Assembly: GCA_963693365.1 (NCBI GenBank)
Contig: CAVNZM010000017.1
Coordinates: 2,781,527-2,845,526, forward strand
Source: Amoebidium appalachense
Taxonomy: Eukaryota > Protista > Ichthyosporea
Direction: 5' to 3'
Length of the DNA stretch: 64,000 nucleotides
Shown here: piece by piece, positions 27,643 through 48,780 of the stretch
Layout of the letters: each line of letters starts with the position of its first letter
Position numbering within the stretch: position 1 is the first letter of the stretch
Notes under the pieces: model-generated
What the model was told of the DNA's origin: nothing
Databases searched by the model: none
Seen by the model: only the letters and a program-made list of their open reading frames with translations
Made by a program: the position numbers and the translations under genes

Positions 27643-28447
27643 GGGTATATGTGGGTGTGTGGGGGGGTGTAGGTGGGTGTAGGTATAGGTGAGTGGGTGG
27701 GTGGGCGGGTGGGTGGGTGAGTGGGTGAACGGTCGTGGATGTGGGTAGGAGGGGTGGTTCTCAGTTTGTAGTTCAGAAGGTACTAAATAAAGTTTAGGCA
27801 AAAGGCATGGATCTTCACAAAGTTTAGTTCTTGAAAGAGTTTTACCATGGAAGAAGGTTTACCAACCACCGCATCTCCCATTTTAGACAAAATCGAGGTT
27901 GATCCGATCGAGGATTCCAAATTGCCCTGGCGCCGACTAAGAAATTATCGAACTTATCAAGCGATCGAGGGAGTGACGTCATTCTGGGAAAAATGTGCCC
28001 AGAATGACGTCACTCCCTCGATCGTTTGATAAGTTCGATAATTTCTTAGTCGGCGCCAGGGCAATTTGGAATCCTCGATCGGATCAACCTCGATTTTGTC
28101 TAAATGGGAGATGCGGTGGTTAGTTTAGCCATTTTTGTTTGCACTGTGCATGAACACAATCGCACTTTACTGCCCGCACAATACATGTGACCACACAAAA
28201 CTAGACAAGGCCGCATTGACAATGTGTAAATACAGGGACACAGCTGGCTACGGACAACCCCAGGTTGTGCCAGGTAACAACGTTAACCTCCCCCCCCCCC
28301 TCCCCCCCGCGCCGTCCGCCCTCCTCTGTCCTAGCCATTACCCAACCTTATGGGTGTCTCACTTTGCAGACCTTATCAACCTTTTTTTTTTTTTTTTTTT
28401 TTTTTGTGGTTGTGGTGGTGGGGAGGGGGGGCGGCGGACAGGCGGCC

Positions 28448-28484
<37 letters not shown>

Positions 28485-28946
28485 AGGGGGATGCCTTTTC
28501 TTTTTCTATTATTCTTTATTCTCTTTTTTTTCCTTTTTGTTGTTTTGGGAATTTCCTTTTTTGTGTGTGTGGAAGGGGGGGAAGGAGGGGGGGGGGGGGG
28601 GGGGGAGGGGGGGGAGGGGGGGGGACTCATGTATGCTCGTTGGTGCAGATTTGGCACACAGAGCCGGCACGCTGCCTCGGATGCCTGCACAGGTGAGTGC
28701 AAAAGATATCTGCACCCCCGGGGGGAGGTGTGTGTGTTTTTTTTTTTTTGTGGGGGGGGGGGGGGGGGGGAGGAAGGGGGGGGAAGGGGGGAGGGGGGTA
28801 TCCTTACCTTGGTGTTGGGTGTTCTTTGTATGTGATGTGCATGGGTTTGTGTGTGTGTGTGAAGGGGGGGGAGAGGCGGGAGTGGGAGGGACGGAAGTGG
28901 GGAGAGGGGTTTTGAGGGGAGTGGGGAGGGGAGGGGAAGGGGCGGG

Positions 28947-28984
<38 letters not shown>

Positions 28985-29444
28985 TCGTCAACAGTTCAGT
29001 CGTAGCCACGAGCTGGGTTAACATATATCATAGATTGTAATGATAGATTTTAATGATGGGTTCAAATGATAAGTTTACTGATACATTTTAATGATAGATT
29101 TTAATGACAGAATGAGAAAGGGGTATTGGGACATGGTAGAAAAAACGTGAGGATGCTGGTGTGGGGTTACAGTGGATGTAATGTTTTAGATGGCAAAGGA
29201 GAGATGGGGGGAAGGTTTTTTTGGGGTGGACGGTAACGAGGGTCGTGGGCGTGCGGAGTGAGAGGAGGGGGGAAGGGTGGGGGGGGGGATGCCGTCTGTG
29301 CAGGGAGGAGAGGGGCCTTTGTGTGTGTGTGTGTGTGTGTGTGTTGGTTGGTTAGGGGGGAGGAGGGGAGGGGGGGGGGATGGGACGTTTGGTGTGGGCC
29401 ATAAAGGGGACAGAAGTGGGGAGGTTGGGGGAGGAAGGCTTTGG

Positions 29445-29476
<32 letters not shown>

Positions 29477-30393
29477 TGATCCTTACACTGTGTGGGGGCA
29501 CTCAGCCTGTGGCTGAATCTGCATTTCGCCCATCAGCCTCTCCCCAGTATCCCCATCCCCAGGTTTTGTCCCCGTCCCCCTCCCCCCCCTCCCCCCTCCC
29601 CTCCCCCCCCCCTCCCCCCCCCCCTCCCCCCCCCCCCCCCCCCCCTCCCGCCCTCCGCCTCCCAACCAACCGCACACACACATCCACGCGTGCACGCGCG
29701 CGCGCGCACACACACACACACATACACAACCTTACACACACAACCTTACCCTTCCCCTGCTTCGGCGGGTGGGCAGGCCCACCCACTACTCTCACATCTT
29801 CTTTTCCTTCTTCTCCTTCTTCCTTGAGAGTATTTCCACATTTCCGCCCCCTGCGTTTTACTTTACTTTACAAGAATCTTTCCTGTTTCAAAAAACCCCA
29901 CGGCTAAATGTCATCCGTAACTTGAAAAATGTGCACGTGTTTATTTAGGGCTGATGTGTGTCCTCGCCACCATTCCCTGTTTTGGTGGCTAGCAATACCA
30001 CGTTTGTGTGCGGGTGGGTGGATGGGTGGGTGGGTGGATGGGTGAATGGTTGTGCGCGTGCAAGAGTATTTGTGTAGGTGCGGGCTCCTCTACTCTTATT
30101 CGACGTTATTGTCAGGATATAAGATGAATCCGGAAATCCGGAAAATTGGAGTTTGCGTGTGCGTCTGTATCTGTGTGTGTGTGAGCGTGTGTGCGCGTGT
30201 GCGTGTGTGTGTGTGTCTGTGTGTGTGTGCAATTTTATTGCTTGTGTTTCCCACCTTTGTGCGGTGATGTGCTTGGTTTTTTTAGGGAAAACCTAACAAG
30301 ATCGTGCTCTTTTAGCAGAGGGGTGACTGGGAGAGGGGGCAGAGAGGCACGTCCGTGCACCAAACATCGCCCTGGGGCACACCTCGACAGTAG
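23685..30393 (+). CDS. Low-complexity/disordered P,Q,H,G-rich exon chain; probable C-terminal extension of the Atg31-like gene
   Basis: Proposed exons: 23685-23806 (GC donor, uncertain), 24286-24351, 25766-26412, 27519-27601, 28236-28273, 28649-28692, 29506-29562 and 30316-30393 (TAG). Phases chain consistently. The link to 23157 runs through the G-rich exon 23336-23404 and needs one extra base. Confidence 0.55.
24913..24999. other. Intronic stem-loop (~22-30-bp imperfect stem)
   Basis: ggtagctcttatttttcaaggg (24913-24934) pairs with cccttgaaaagtagagctacc (24979-24999). Confidence 0.6.
26047..26285 (+). repeat. Coding 30-bp tandem repeat ([10 protein letters not shown]), ~8 copies
   Basis: In-frame aatcagcacgatccgatctacaatcgggcc variants within exon 25766-26412. 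Confidence 0.9.
27862..28123. mobile_element. Near-perfect ~260-bp palindrome (MITE/foldback-like) in an intron
   Basis: Arms 27864-27988 and 27998-28121 are reverse complements with 1 mismatch and 1 indel, around a 9-nt loop (aaaaatgtg). TTTA flanks both sides (27858-27861, 28124-28127). Confidence 0.8.
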
Positions 30394-30435
30394 AAACACG
30401 TAAGGGAGGGATACGATGGCTCGGGCTGGACACAC

Positions 30436-30526
<91 letters not shown>

Positions 30527-30892
30527 TACTATAGGGGCTGCACGGCCGCATTAAGCATTAGAAGACAAACGTGTGAAGGAGTTGAACGAATGGCCTACGT
30601 ATCAAAGGCAGTTTGTGCTCATATTCTGTGATGAAGAACCCGAATTTTTCTTGTTTCCTTTTTTTTTTTTTGGATACGAGGAGGTGAGAATGTACATATG
30701 TGACGCGGCTTTTTTTGAAGTATTGTGTACATGGTCCTCGGGATCCCCGAATTTTAATTTCGGTTTACTGAGTCATGACCGCCGTGTGTTGGATTTCACA
30801 CGGCTGGTTTTTTCTGATTCAATAAATTCTGGAATTTGAACACAAATATCCAACCCATAAACCGTGGTGCCACAGAGTCCATGACGTGCAAT

Positions 30893-30923
<31 letters not shown>

Positions 30924-30952
30924 CAACCTCCCCCGGGCCCCTCCCCCCCACA

Positions 30953-31054
<102 letters not shown>

Positions 31055-31130
31055 GACGCACGCTGTCTCACACACACACGCAGACGCACGCTGTCTCACA
31101 CACACACGCGCGCGCGCGCGCGCACACACG

Positions 31131-31165
<35 letters not shown>

Positions 31166-31766
31166 TAGTCTCCACCACACTTCGTCTCACAAGTTTCAAG
31201 AGCAAATGGTTGCCTATGATTGGATCAAATCCCTTTTTAAACAAATTTACAATTGTCATATGATTTAAAGTTTTTATATGAACCAGTGATAATTGTCAAT
31301 TGATCAGACGTTGACACCTGGCATCAGCTCCGTTTGGGCACGGAGAGAGGGAAGGAGGGAGGGAGAAAGGGGGGGGGGGGGGGGGGGGGGGAGGGGAGAG
31401 GGAGGGGGTTGGGGAGGGAGGGAGGGGGGAGGTGAAAGGGAGAAAGCATCGACATGTGAGAAAGGGATCCGAGGAGGGAAGGAGTGAAGGAAGAAGCCTT
31501 AGGGAGGAGGGAGGCGGGGGAGGTGCACGGAAGGGGGGGAGGGGGGGAGGGGGGTCACTTGTGCTTCTCAGATTTCGATTTATGCAATGGCAGAGAATCC
31601 GAATTTTGCCTGCAACTATGATGGCTACACCCATTACCAACGGTAAACACCACCAAACACCTCAACCCACTTTCCACCACTGTAGATGAACCAATGAGAG
31701 CGAGTGTTCGATTTATAAAGTTATATTCGTAGGTTGTAATTGGAGATGAAGCCTGGTGCTACCCAC

Positions 31767-31962
31767 CGGCGAGGCTGGGGTAAAAACCCTGGGCTAAGTG
31801 TGTTTGCATAGTTAGGATATATAATGGTGTTTTAGCTTAGCTGATGGCACCAGAGCACCCTAGCTGGAGTATGGTCGTTGCTGGTTGAAAAACGATACTT
31901 CCTCTGAGCGACCCTGAGGGACCCTCCGCGAGCAAAACGGGTTAATTGAAAATAAAATAAAA
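31767..31962 (+). mobile_element. A-tailed retroposon fragment (SINE or LINE 3' end), copy 1
   Basis: Aligns along its length with 34997-35202 (ggctggggt..ccctgggctaagtgtg...ttagcttagct...ccctcc..gagcaaaacg, then an A-rich tail). Confidence 0.75.
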
Positions 31963-32229
31963 TCCAACTATAAGGGCCCCAATCAGACTAATGCTTTATA
32001 AGGGCCCTAGGCCTAATCAGACTAGTAATGCGTGTTGAATTCTCATTCAATCTCTTTACTCTGTCCCCCCCCCCCCCCCCCCCCCCCCCCAACAAAACAA
32101 CGGTGTCTCCCCAGCCGAGCCGACCACACACCCTCGCTTTTTTGTACGTGTGCGCACGCATGAGCTCCGTGTACACACAGAATACACGCACACCCATTCA
32201 AACACACGTCCCCCCTTCACCTCTTTGGC

Positions 32230-32262
<33 letters not shown>

Positions 32263-33011
32263 TCCCCCTGCGCCACCCCCACCACCCCCACCACCCCCAT
32301 CACCACTCCTCGTCCCTCCCCCCCCCCCCCCCCCCCCCCCCCCTCCCCGCCGCCGCCACCCCCACCCGGGCCCCCACCACCACCACCACCACCATACCCA
32401 TGCGCACACATTTAATATGTAAATCATCGGGAGAAAACACCACTGGCAGTTACAAAATAATAACAACTTTGTAATTTTAGCTTGCTACATATGACTAAAT
32501 CTTGGCAACGGTTGACTGTGGACAGGCAAAGTAAATTATTTTTTGCCTCCTTTCTTTCTTGCTTAGAAGACTGTCTGTCACTGGTGCAGGCAAATGGTGG
32601 GAACTTTAGGGCAGCTTTCTCCCCCCCCTCCCCCCCCCCCCCCCCCCTCCCCCCTTTTCCTCGATGAGTATCAAGTTATTTTTATTTTTATTTCGATTGA
32701 TTTTATTTTTTTTTATTTATTTTTTTTATTTTTTTTGGGGGGGGGGGGGGGGGGGGGGATTCCGAGGGGGGGGGAGGGGGAGGGGGAGGATCCTGGCACG
32801 AAGCTTGCGGCAAATCATCAAACTCGGGAAGAAGGTCACCTGCCCCATGTTTGATCATGTTTGGAACTTGTGTCCCGGTTGTATACATACAGTACATACA
32901 GGTCAGACACTAATTTATTAATCCCCATGGCCGTGCAGTATGTACACATACGACGTCCAAACGAGCCTGAGGCCTAATCATTTTTTTTGCATACGCAAGG
33001 AAAAAGAAGCC

Positions 33012-33566
33012 CTAAAATAGAGCCTTTTTGATGCGGTTTATCATGAAGAAAACCATCCGGATCCCGTGGCTTCTTTCACCGAGCAACGCGTCGTACGGAG
33101 GAAAGTTCGAAAACCCGGCGTCATCCACTCGGACTCGTGAATGTGTTGACATGGTCGAGCTGGTAGAACTCATCCTACTGTAGCTCCTGTTGATATGTAT
33201 TGCTTCCTTCACATTTATATCTGCTTCTTCCCCAACCCAAGATTTTGTAGAGCCTCTGTCGCGCGGCGAGTCAAACCCAAAACGTAGACCGAGGAGGGAA
33301 ACTGAACGTCGAACCATATGAAAGTGTTTGGGAATGTTGAGTTGAGGTGACGAAGGTGTGTATAGGGTAATGGGTGAGCATGAGGAGGAGGGTGAGTCTG
33401 TGTGTGAATCCGTTTGGGAGATTATCGGAAGGCGGGGCGCGGCCGGCGAAGAGGCAACTTGGACAAGCAGCTCTCCTTGCTGTGTGAACATTTTTATGAT
33501 GTTCATTCACGGAATAGCATTCACCATTTCTGAATGCATGTTTCTGATGGTGGCAGTGTACTCGAT
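33012..33566 (-). CDS. Hypothetical S/P-rich protein, 3' exons only; upstream exons unresolved
   Basis: Non-repetitive 164-codon ORF 33506-33012. An acceptor (cccttcag) precedes exon 33566-33525 (IEYTATIRNMHSEM). A 45-nt GT-AG intron at 33524-33480 removes an in-frame TGA and joins to QGELLVQV...KKALF*. Confidence 0.45.
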
Positions 33567-34572
33567 CTGAAGGGAATTAATAAACGGGACAGGCTGACTC
33601 AGACAGGTTGGGAGAAATGAAAATCAGGATGGCCTAGTTGAATCAGCTCAAATAGCAATATGCCTCCGGAGGATATTATTATGCATGTGTCACCGGGTAG
33701 TGGTTCGGTGGTGAAGGCAGGTATGGCCGCACATGTTCAGTAATACATTTTAAACTTTCACTAAGATGGTTAAGTACTACTCAAAACACATGTGCACGTA
33801 CTGCATCCGTAACAGCAGTAACCATCCTTCCTAGCGCTAGCCGAGACTCGCTGTCAATATATTACAAAATACTTAAATTTTTCGTGTAAGCGGTTTAACA
33901 TAATATAATGCTTCAAACTCTAATTCTTCTTGGAAAAATATGCAGCAGCTGCAGTAGCTGCAGGCTGCACGGTCACTATTTCCAACCGAAGTGAGTGATT
34001 TGAACAAGGCTAGTATAATCGTGTGAAGGCAGCAAGTGTGAGAGTAAGAAAGTTTGTACCGACTTGAGCTATTTTAGAGGTTCTAATACAATAACTTTAC
34101 TCTCGAGGGAAGTTTCACACCTCACGTCTTACAGATCATAGGAATATACTTTTATATGGTCACAGTGCACATAGCTGCTGTACATGTACAGTAAATTTAT
34201 TACATGTACCGGTATATTCTATCTCGCACATATGCTTTTAGCTACCGTGGTATAGTAGATATTCGCCATATCGTCAACTAGGCAACACACTAACCGACGT
34301 GGCTCTACGTATACTAGACGAAGTCTTCTTGTGGGGCTTGCTATCATAATGGTTGCTTTTTATGAGGTGCCTGATTTGAATTGAGAGACGAACCGGGTGC
34401 AGCTGGTAGAGCTGGCCCCAGCAAAAAGCCTCTGCGACTCTTGCTCTTCGCTTTCCGGAGCAAGATCTGCTGAAGTCTCAGCTGTTGCAATTGCATCATG
34501 GCTGTGCCCTTCCGGCAACATCATATACCTAAAACGGCTTTGGGTTTATTCTTGAAAAATGAATGTGTGTGT

Positions 34573-34608
<36 letters not shown>

Positions 34609-34996
34609 GACGTACATTAGCTCAGATCACAGAAAAAACGATGTTTTAGCCAGAGTTAGCGCTCATTGAGGATCCGAATCACTGAACAGAGAGTTACATT
34701 AACATATCCAATACATATATGTACAAGTCGTGTGTAAGGCAGCTGTAAGGCTTTTCCTCAACAATTGGTGCCCCGATGGTTGGCTGTCTGTAGTGCCAGA
34801 GCCAATTCGAATTCGAATGATTAATAAAGTTTTACCGTACACCGTACACTTTGCACACGGTGGGGCCAGTGCCAGTCACACGCACAGGTGTGCACATGTT
34901 CACGGTCCTGGGCGGCATGCGCGCATGCAGCATAGATCTCTGAATGCATTTGGAGCTGCAACTATTGCAACTGTATACACGTGTGTGTATGCATCA

Positions 34997-35202
34997 CGGC
35001 GTGGCTGGGGTGAATACCCTGGGCTAAGTGTGTGCAAATAGTTAAGATTGTTAAGAGTGTGTTAGCTTAGCTAATAATACCGTAGCACGCTAGCTAGAGT
35101 ACTGTCAGTGTTGGGTGGAAGACGGTAGTTCCCCATGAGGGCCCCAAAGGGTCCCTCCGGGAGCAAAACGCGATAAAATTAAAAAAAAAATAAAAAATAA
35201 AA
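34997..35202 (+). mobile_element. A-tailed retroposon fragment, copy 2, with 15-bp target-site duplication
   Basis: tgtgtgtatgcatca occurs at 34982-34996 and again at 35203-35217, directly after the A-rich tail, as expected for target-primed reverse transcription. Confidence 0.85.
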
Positions 35203-36197
35203 TGTGTGTATGCATCAGAGAGCAAACTATAGGGAAAGCTTTTCAGTGTCATAAACACAAAAATAGGGGTGTAAGACACGTTCTCGTCGTCTTCTTGTGC
35301 CGAGCTCCTTGTGGGCCAAAATAAACTTCAGCAGCTCAAAACCACTGCGGGGCCGGCGGATCTATGTCGATCTTGCGCTGTTAGATCAACCAATGGAACT
35401 GCTTTAGCAAAATGGGTAAAGCCTCTTACAGCTACAAAGAAGATTTCAAATTGTAACAGCCATGCCTACGATTCAAGCTTCCCCTTCCCCCGTAATGAAT
35501 TTAAAACCCCCTCTCATACTCAAACGCTTACATGTAGTCTGATCTAGAAAAAAAACGAGAAAGAGCAATCATTTTTGATCGTGGCCGAATTGGGTTGAGC
35601 CATTTCAAAGCCACTGCACTGCAAAGGAAACCGTAATTGTTATAACTGTCCTTCAAATCGCCCTTCTCCAAGATCTCAAACTTATGAATCGCTGATTGGT
35701 TAATCTGGGAAGAACGTCGGACGAAGGTTGTTTTGTGTGTTTTTCTACTGCCAAACTGCTAATTGACATGCTGTATGTTTGCTCTTCTAGAGCACTTGAA
35801 AAGCCTTGGAACGTATTAAAAATTGGGTCGGATAGGCTAGCAATTCACGTTTCAAATGCCAAGGCGCGCTCTTGGTTTCATGCATAAATAGTGTTTAAAC
35901 CCCTTTCATACAGCTGCCGGCCGGCGCCAGCCTCTCGAGCTCGTGCCATCGAGTCAATAATTGTGCTACATATGATGATACAAACATACACCATGCAGAC
36001 CTCACTGCATGGCACCGTGAAAAATCCTGTACTATGCTAGTTGATATTGTCCTCTCTAGCATGTGAGCATTATGTTTTGTTATAAAAGCGTTGAACGCTT
36101 CTGTTTCACAACGGCATCCGTATATAGATGTGAACGTTGGTACCACTGCAAGGATACGTGCACGTGCCCACAAGGGCCTGGCCACGACGTGTTCTTA

Positions 36198-36327
<130 letters not shown>

Positions 36328-36572
36328 TTCTCTAACCCCCCTCTTCCCCTCTTCCCACAAGATTCCCCCCTAACCCCCCCCCCCCCCCCTAACCCCCCCT
36401 CCCCCTCCTCCTCCACCGGCGGAAATGAAAATAAAAAATGAACAGTCAGTTCCACCGACGATGCTTATCACCTGGGTCATTATACTGCCCTAATCATTTC
36501 ATTACACTAATACTGACCTCAGTGACACCACTGCGTTCTCTGAGGTCTTTATCTATTAAAAAAAAAATGTCT

Positions 36573-36604
<32 letters not shown>

Positions 36605-36848
36605 CCCCCCACCCCCCCCCACCCCCACCCCCACCCCCACCCACTCACACAACCACATACACTGTCTAGCTACATCTGAAAAAACCACTCGCGCACTTAA
36701 CCAACCACCCGTCCACCCACGCATACACACCCACCCAGCCACACAAGCACACACACGTACAAGCGTTAACAGGCCCGGTTGACAAATCTAATGTTAGCTG
36801 GGCTGACACGTAGGGGCTCCGTAACACCGGCTGCAGCACTCACGCGGT

Positions 36849-36932
<84 letters not shown>

Positions 36933-36999
36933 CCTTGTACATTCAATCATCTGCACACAAACGCACACAGTCACGTACACAAAACGTGCCTCCCTCCCC

Positions 37000-37030
<31 letters not shown>

Positions 37031-37085
37031 ACACAAACACACAAAACAATGTCACACAAGATACAAAACACATGATTGTGCCCCC

Positions 37086-37116
<31 letters not shown>

Positions 37117-37294
37117 AAAAAAAAAAAAAAAATATCCCAGCCAACCCACAATCACACACCCTCTCTCTTGTATCCATTTTTTAAGAATCCGTTCCGAAAT
37201 TCGGATCCCTCGCCCCGCCCCCTCCCACCTCTCGCCCTCGTTTTCTCTTCCTTTTCTAATCGATTCATCCATCAACTTACCCCCTCCCCCTCTC

Positions 37295-37336
<42 letters not shown>

Positions 37337-37856
37337 ACCCCCCACCCCCCCAAAAAAACAACAACAACAACAACAACAACACGCACACACATTAGCACAC
37401 ACGCGCACACACACACGGCCTCCAACTTTACTGTGTGGGTGTATGTTTTTGTGTTGGGGGGAAGGGGGAGGGGGTGGGGGAGGGCTGAAAGGGGGGGGGG
37501 GGGGGGGGGAGGGGGGGGGGAGGAAGGGACCACCGGATTTTTTTTCGCTGGCTCATTAAGGTGCGTGACAGTGTCAACGGGGTTTTCACCAGGTTTTTGG
37601 TTTTTGCATATTATTGTGAATTTAAAAATTGTGATTGATGCGTATGTCAACTGTTTTTGTTGGGTATTCAAGTGTGTAAACCCTAGTGTTTTGAACAGCT
37701 AAAACAGGCCGACTCATTTTCCACCTAAACCCTGGTTACAACTTTGATACCTAAAGATTCCCCGTGGACAACAAAATGCTAAGTATCCAAGGGAGGGACT
37801 GGGGTTTTAAAGTTAATTTCCATTTTCTTTCAGGCCAAACAGTAAGACATTAAAAT

Positions 37857-44614
<6,758 letters not shown>

Positions 44615-47600
44615 CCTTGTTGATCGTTTTAATGGAGGTAATATTATTCTAAGTTTGCTACTTGTCACTACTTGTTACCGACTATTTCATAAAATGAGCT
44701 TAGGGCCTGTAAATGGATGTGCCAAGGCTAGGTCTTGCAATAAGAATGGCCTGAATATGGACTCTTTCTCTAACGTCTGGCTTGAAGTTCACGCTGTCAG
44801 CGGAAGCTTTGTTTTGTGTACGCTTATATTTCGGATCCCTCACCGCGGTCTGTTGCTCTATCGCTTATCTGTGTACACATAGCCGTGGGGTCACGTTCGA
44901 TGTCCATACACTAACTGGCATCCAACAAACATGACAGTTAGAGAGAATGGGGAGCCCGGCGGAAACTAACATGCTCCTCTAGCTTGCATTTATGGTCATT
45001 AAAATCCACTTGAATTCGTCGATGTCCCTTCGAAAGAGAGTGAAATCTACCGTTCGCCTGTTCAAATTTAAAGCCAACAGCTAATATCCTGTGCCAGCTG
45101 CTTTGCCGTGGTTCGTTGGCTATTATGCTTGATTATGGCCACCGGGGTATGTGCATAGAGTATTCAATACGGTAGAGTTCGAGAAATCTTCAGCTGCCGG
45201 CTCGAAGATGTTATGCTAGAACTTTCACATACATTCCGTACAGAAACAACAGCACGTATGCACATAATTATTACAACCGATCGATGCAGAATACCGTATG
45301 TGTCAGAACTGGGCCAGTGCTGGGGTTTCGATCGTGAGCAAGTGATAACGATGGCCCGTGACTATATTGGTTAGGTGAAACCGATAAAATCTTTTACCTA
45401 CGCATACCTAGCTAGCTAGTTATGGAGCAAACCCACTGTGGCAAACGACCTATAGGCTAAGCATTGTTCAAACAGGTACAGTAGGCCAAATGTAGCGCCA
45501 CCTCGAACCTCTGTGTGTTCGAGAGCAACATAACTCATTGCCACCATACACATCTTCGCCGGCACGCACCGGCAATTATTATGCCTGCACCGTGCACGAC
45601 TCATTCCATATATATGCAACTTCTGTATCATAGTTCCCGACGGCGCAGTACTGTTGCCCGCAACCGAGGGCCGTGAATGTACGAGTAGGTCCCGTCATCA
45701 AATTTGGCCGCGAACAGTGCCACATATGTGCATGTGCACGCACGTACATATATGTGAGATATATATCGATACGTATTCCAGTAGTAACTCTACTACCGGT
45801 ACGCGTAACTCTTACCAGCTCAAGCCCACTCACAGTCTGTCCTTGTACATGTACATGTATACACATAGCTATGTAAATATGTCACGTACATGGCACTGAA
45901 TTCGAACGTTACTAACGAAATTACGGTTCATGCACAGAGCACGCAAAAAAGGTTCGAATTCAGGACGGTCCTACGTCCGGTGTGTTGACGATTCTTATTA
46001 TGTGCCGCAGCTGCAATACAAAGTAGTCAGTATGGCCCCACATGTATATTTCACGCTGGCGCTGCATGGTTGGTTGTTTGGCTTCCTTTTCCCCTCTTCC
46101 CTTTGACCGGTTTTTACTACGTACGTACACGTCTGCAGTAAGCAATGCCGGGGCTGCAGCTGTATATATACAACGTTAACGTTGAAACGTTGAACGAAGG
46201 CCGATATCTAGAGCCCGGTGCACAATCGGCTGTTTATGCTCATGTACAGGAGCGTGCAAGCCTACGTACAAGTGCATAGTTAACTGTGACGGGGCACGTG
46301 CACGGCATGCATGTGCGTTTAATATCTGCATACTGTGCGACAATATTAATGAAACTAAGCATGATAGTCGCATATAAACAATCTCGCCCCAGGGCCCATT
46401 TTTCGTACTTATAAACTATTAGACCCTATATGTTTACAGTTCAAGAGTTGAGACAAAAGACCACTTTTGATGATAGCTGTATATTACATTACCACGGAAT
46501 TTTCCTCATGATCGATCATCTGGCAGCTGCAGCCAGTGGTCCAGCAGGGTCGGGACTCAGAGAACAAGACAAATAAACATCAACATACCACTGTGGTGCG
46601 ATCAGGACCAATCAAACATATCTAAAGAGCAAGAATTTCCAAGAAACCAACCAAAAAAATCCGATTCTCCGAAAGAATGGTGCGGGAACGACCAATCATG
46701 TGCAACGCACCCACCGAATGTTTTGGTGAAACACCCCGAGTCAGGCTGACTCCAATACACACAGGAGCCCACTCTCTCTACTACTTTGCGCTGTACCTAC
46801 GTACCGGTTCTGTGGTGGGTTGGGAGAACTTTCAAAGCGAACTCTGAAACGCCGTTGACGGCCTCGAGAAATTTACCTATGCATAGGTTTGAATAATGTG
46901 TATTATGTTGCCGACATGCTTCGAACTTGAACATAGCTTATGACCGGATCCGGATTCGGGCGTGTGTGCGTACGTAACGATGATGAATGGCCGCTGTGGG
47001 TTTGTTCTTCTCGGCGCGCGGCTGCCGCCGTGTTTTTATGCACGTAAGAAACCTTGGAAACAACAACCACTAACATATATGCAAGCGGGCTTCTGCCATG
47101 CTGGTTAGTGAATGTCAACTGGCAAGTTCGAATGAGCAACTAATCATGTAGTGTCTTGAAGTGCCGAGTTCAAGAGTGCGAATAGTTACGTGCAGCTGAG
47201 CTCGAGAGCCGGACCGGGCAACATGTGCATGAGAATTCGAATGTTCATGTGCACGGTGAAAGTTACCACTAATTATAGTGCCGTATATGTATGAGGGGGA
47301 GCGTGGAAGAAAACGTACAGGCGTACTACGGTAACCCCACCCCAACGTCCCCTTCTGTGTGTGTGTGTGGGGAGGGGGGGGGAAGTGAGGGGGAAGTAAG
47401 GAGGGATCGAGAGGTGCTGGGCCAAACGGGCAGGTATGCACCCACGTGCACATGTGATTTCAATCGCGAACGTAGGCCTAGGGGCCCGGCCGGAGCATTG
47501 GTAAAACTATCAATCCAAACCTTACACCATTTATGTACTCGAAGTACAGAGACCAGTCTCGAGTATTGTTGTTGTTATTCTTGTTGTACGTACATGTTGT

Positions 47601-47620
47601 TGTTGTTTGGAGGGGTGGGA

Positions 47621-47721
<101 letters not shown>

Positions 47722-47931
47722 TCATGGACAGTCAGCTACAGAAGCGCTAATTCTGCAATTGAGTTTGTTTGGTAGCCTCTCATAACTATTCCTATACGTG
47801 CATTTTAAAAAACGTGTTTTCCACTAGCTCCCGGGTAATACTATACTCTCTCCTCTCTCTCTCTCTCACTCTCTCACTCTCTCTCTCGACTGTCTCTTGA
47901 AAGTTTCTCCGTCTCTCTCACTCAAGGAGGC

Positions 47932-47989
<58 letters not shown>

Positions 47990-48073
47990 AAAAGGGAAAA
48001 AGATCTTTTTGTCCTCTCTTTTTTTTGCTGGCGGTGGGTGGGTGGGTAGGTGTGGGTGTTGGGAAAAAGTTTT

Positions 48074-48136
<63 letters not shown>

Positions 48137-48726
48137 CTAGCTGGGGAGCGCGCGATATCAGTTGGTGTGCGTGCGTGCGTGCGTGCGTGCGTGTGCGTGC
48201 GTGTGCGTGTGTGTGTGTGTGCGTTTGTGTGTGTGTGTGTGTGTGCTTGCGTGCGCGCACGCTATACGGCAGCAACTTTACATTCCAGCGTTTGTGTGTT
48301 TGTGTGTGTGCTTGCGTGCGCGGACGCTATACGGCAGCAACTTTACGTGACTTTGCATAAATCAAAAAGTGCATTTGCACTAAATGCATGACTATGCATG
48401 GCATACATGCACAGGACACCCACCCACCAGGGGAGGTACGTACACATGAAATATCCCAAAATAGCTTTGAATTCTGGAAACAATCGCGAAATCCCACCTT
48501 ATCCCGAACGCAAACATTAACTCCTAACTAAAAATGAAGTGAAACCATGCAATAAAATAAGTTAAGAACAGAATGCACATGCCAGACTTGGTGCGCATGC
48601 CATGTGGTGCGTAGAGCACACATGTTATATCTTCAGATATTTACGATTGTTGCTCATGAAAAAAAACAACAACAAAAAGCTACAATTACACAAAGAGGGA
48701 AAAAAAAAATTCGAGGGAAAAGAAAG

Positions 48727-48780
<54 letters not shown>

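Noticed and set aside
27847-28029. 60-aa [11 protein letters not shown]...
   Set aside because: Lies within the palindromic element; most likely a chance ORF.
34390-34530. C2-domain-like words (VYD, HDAIATAETSADL) upstream of the 33-kb gene
   Set aside because: The words are in different frames and no matching donor was found; resemblance is too weak.
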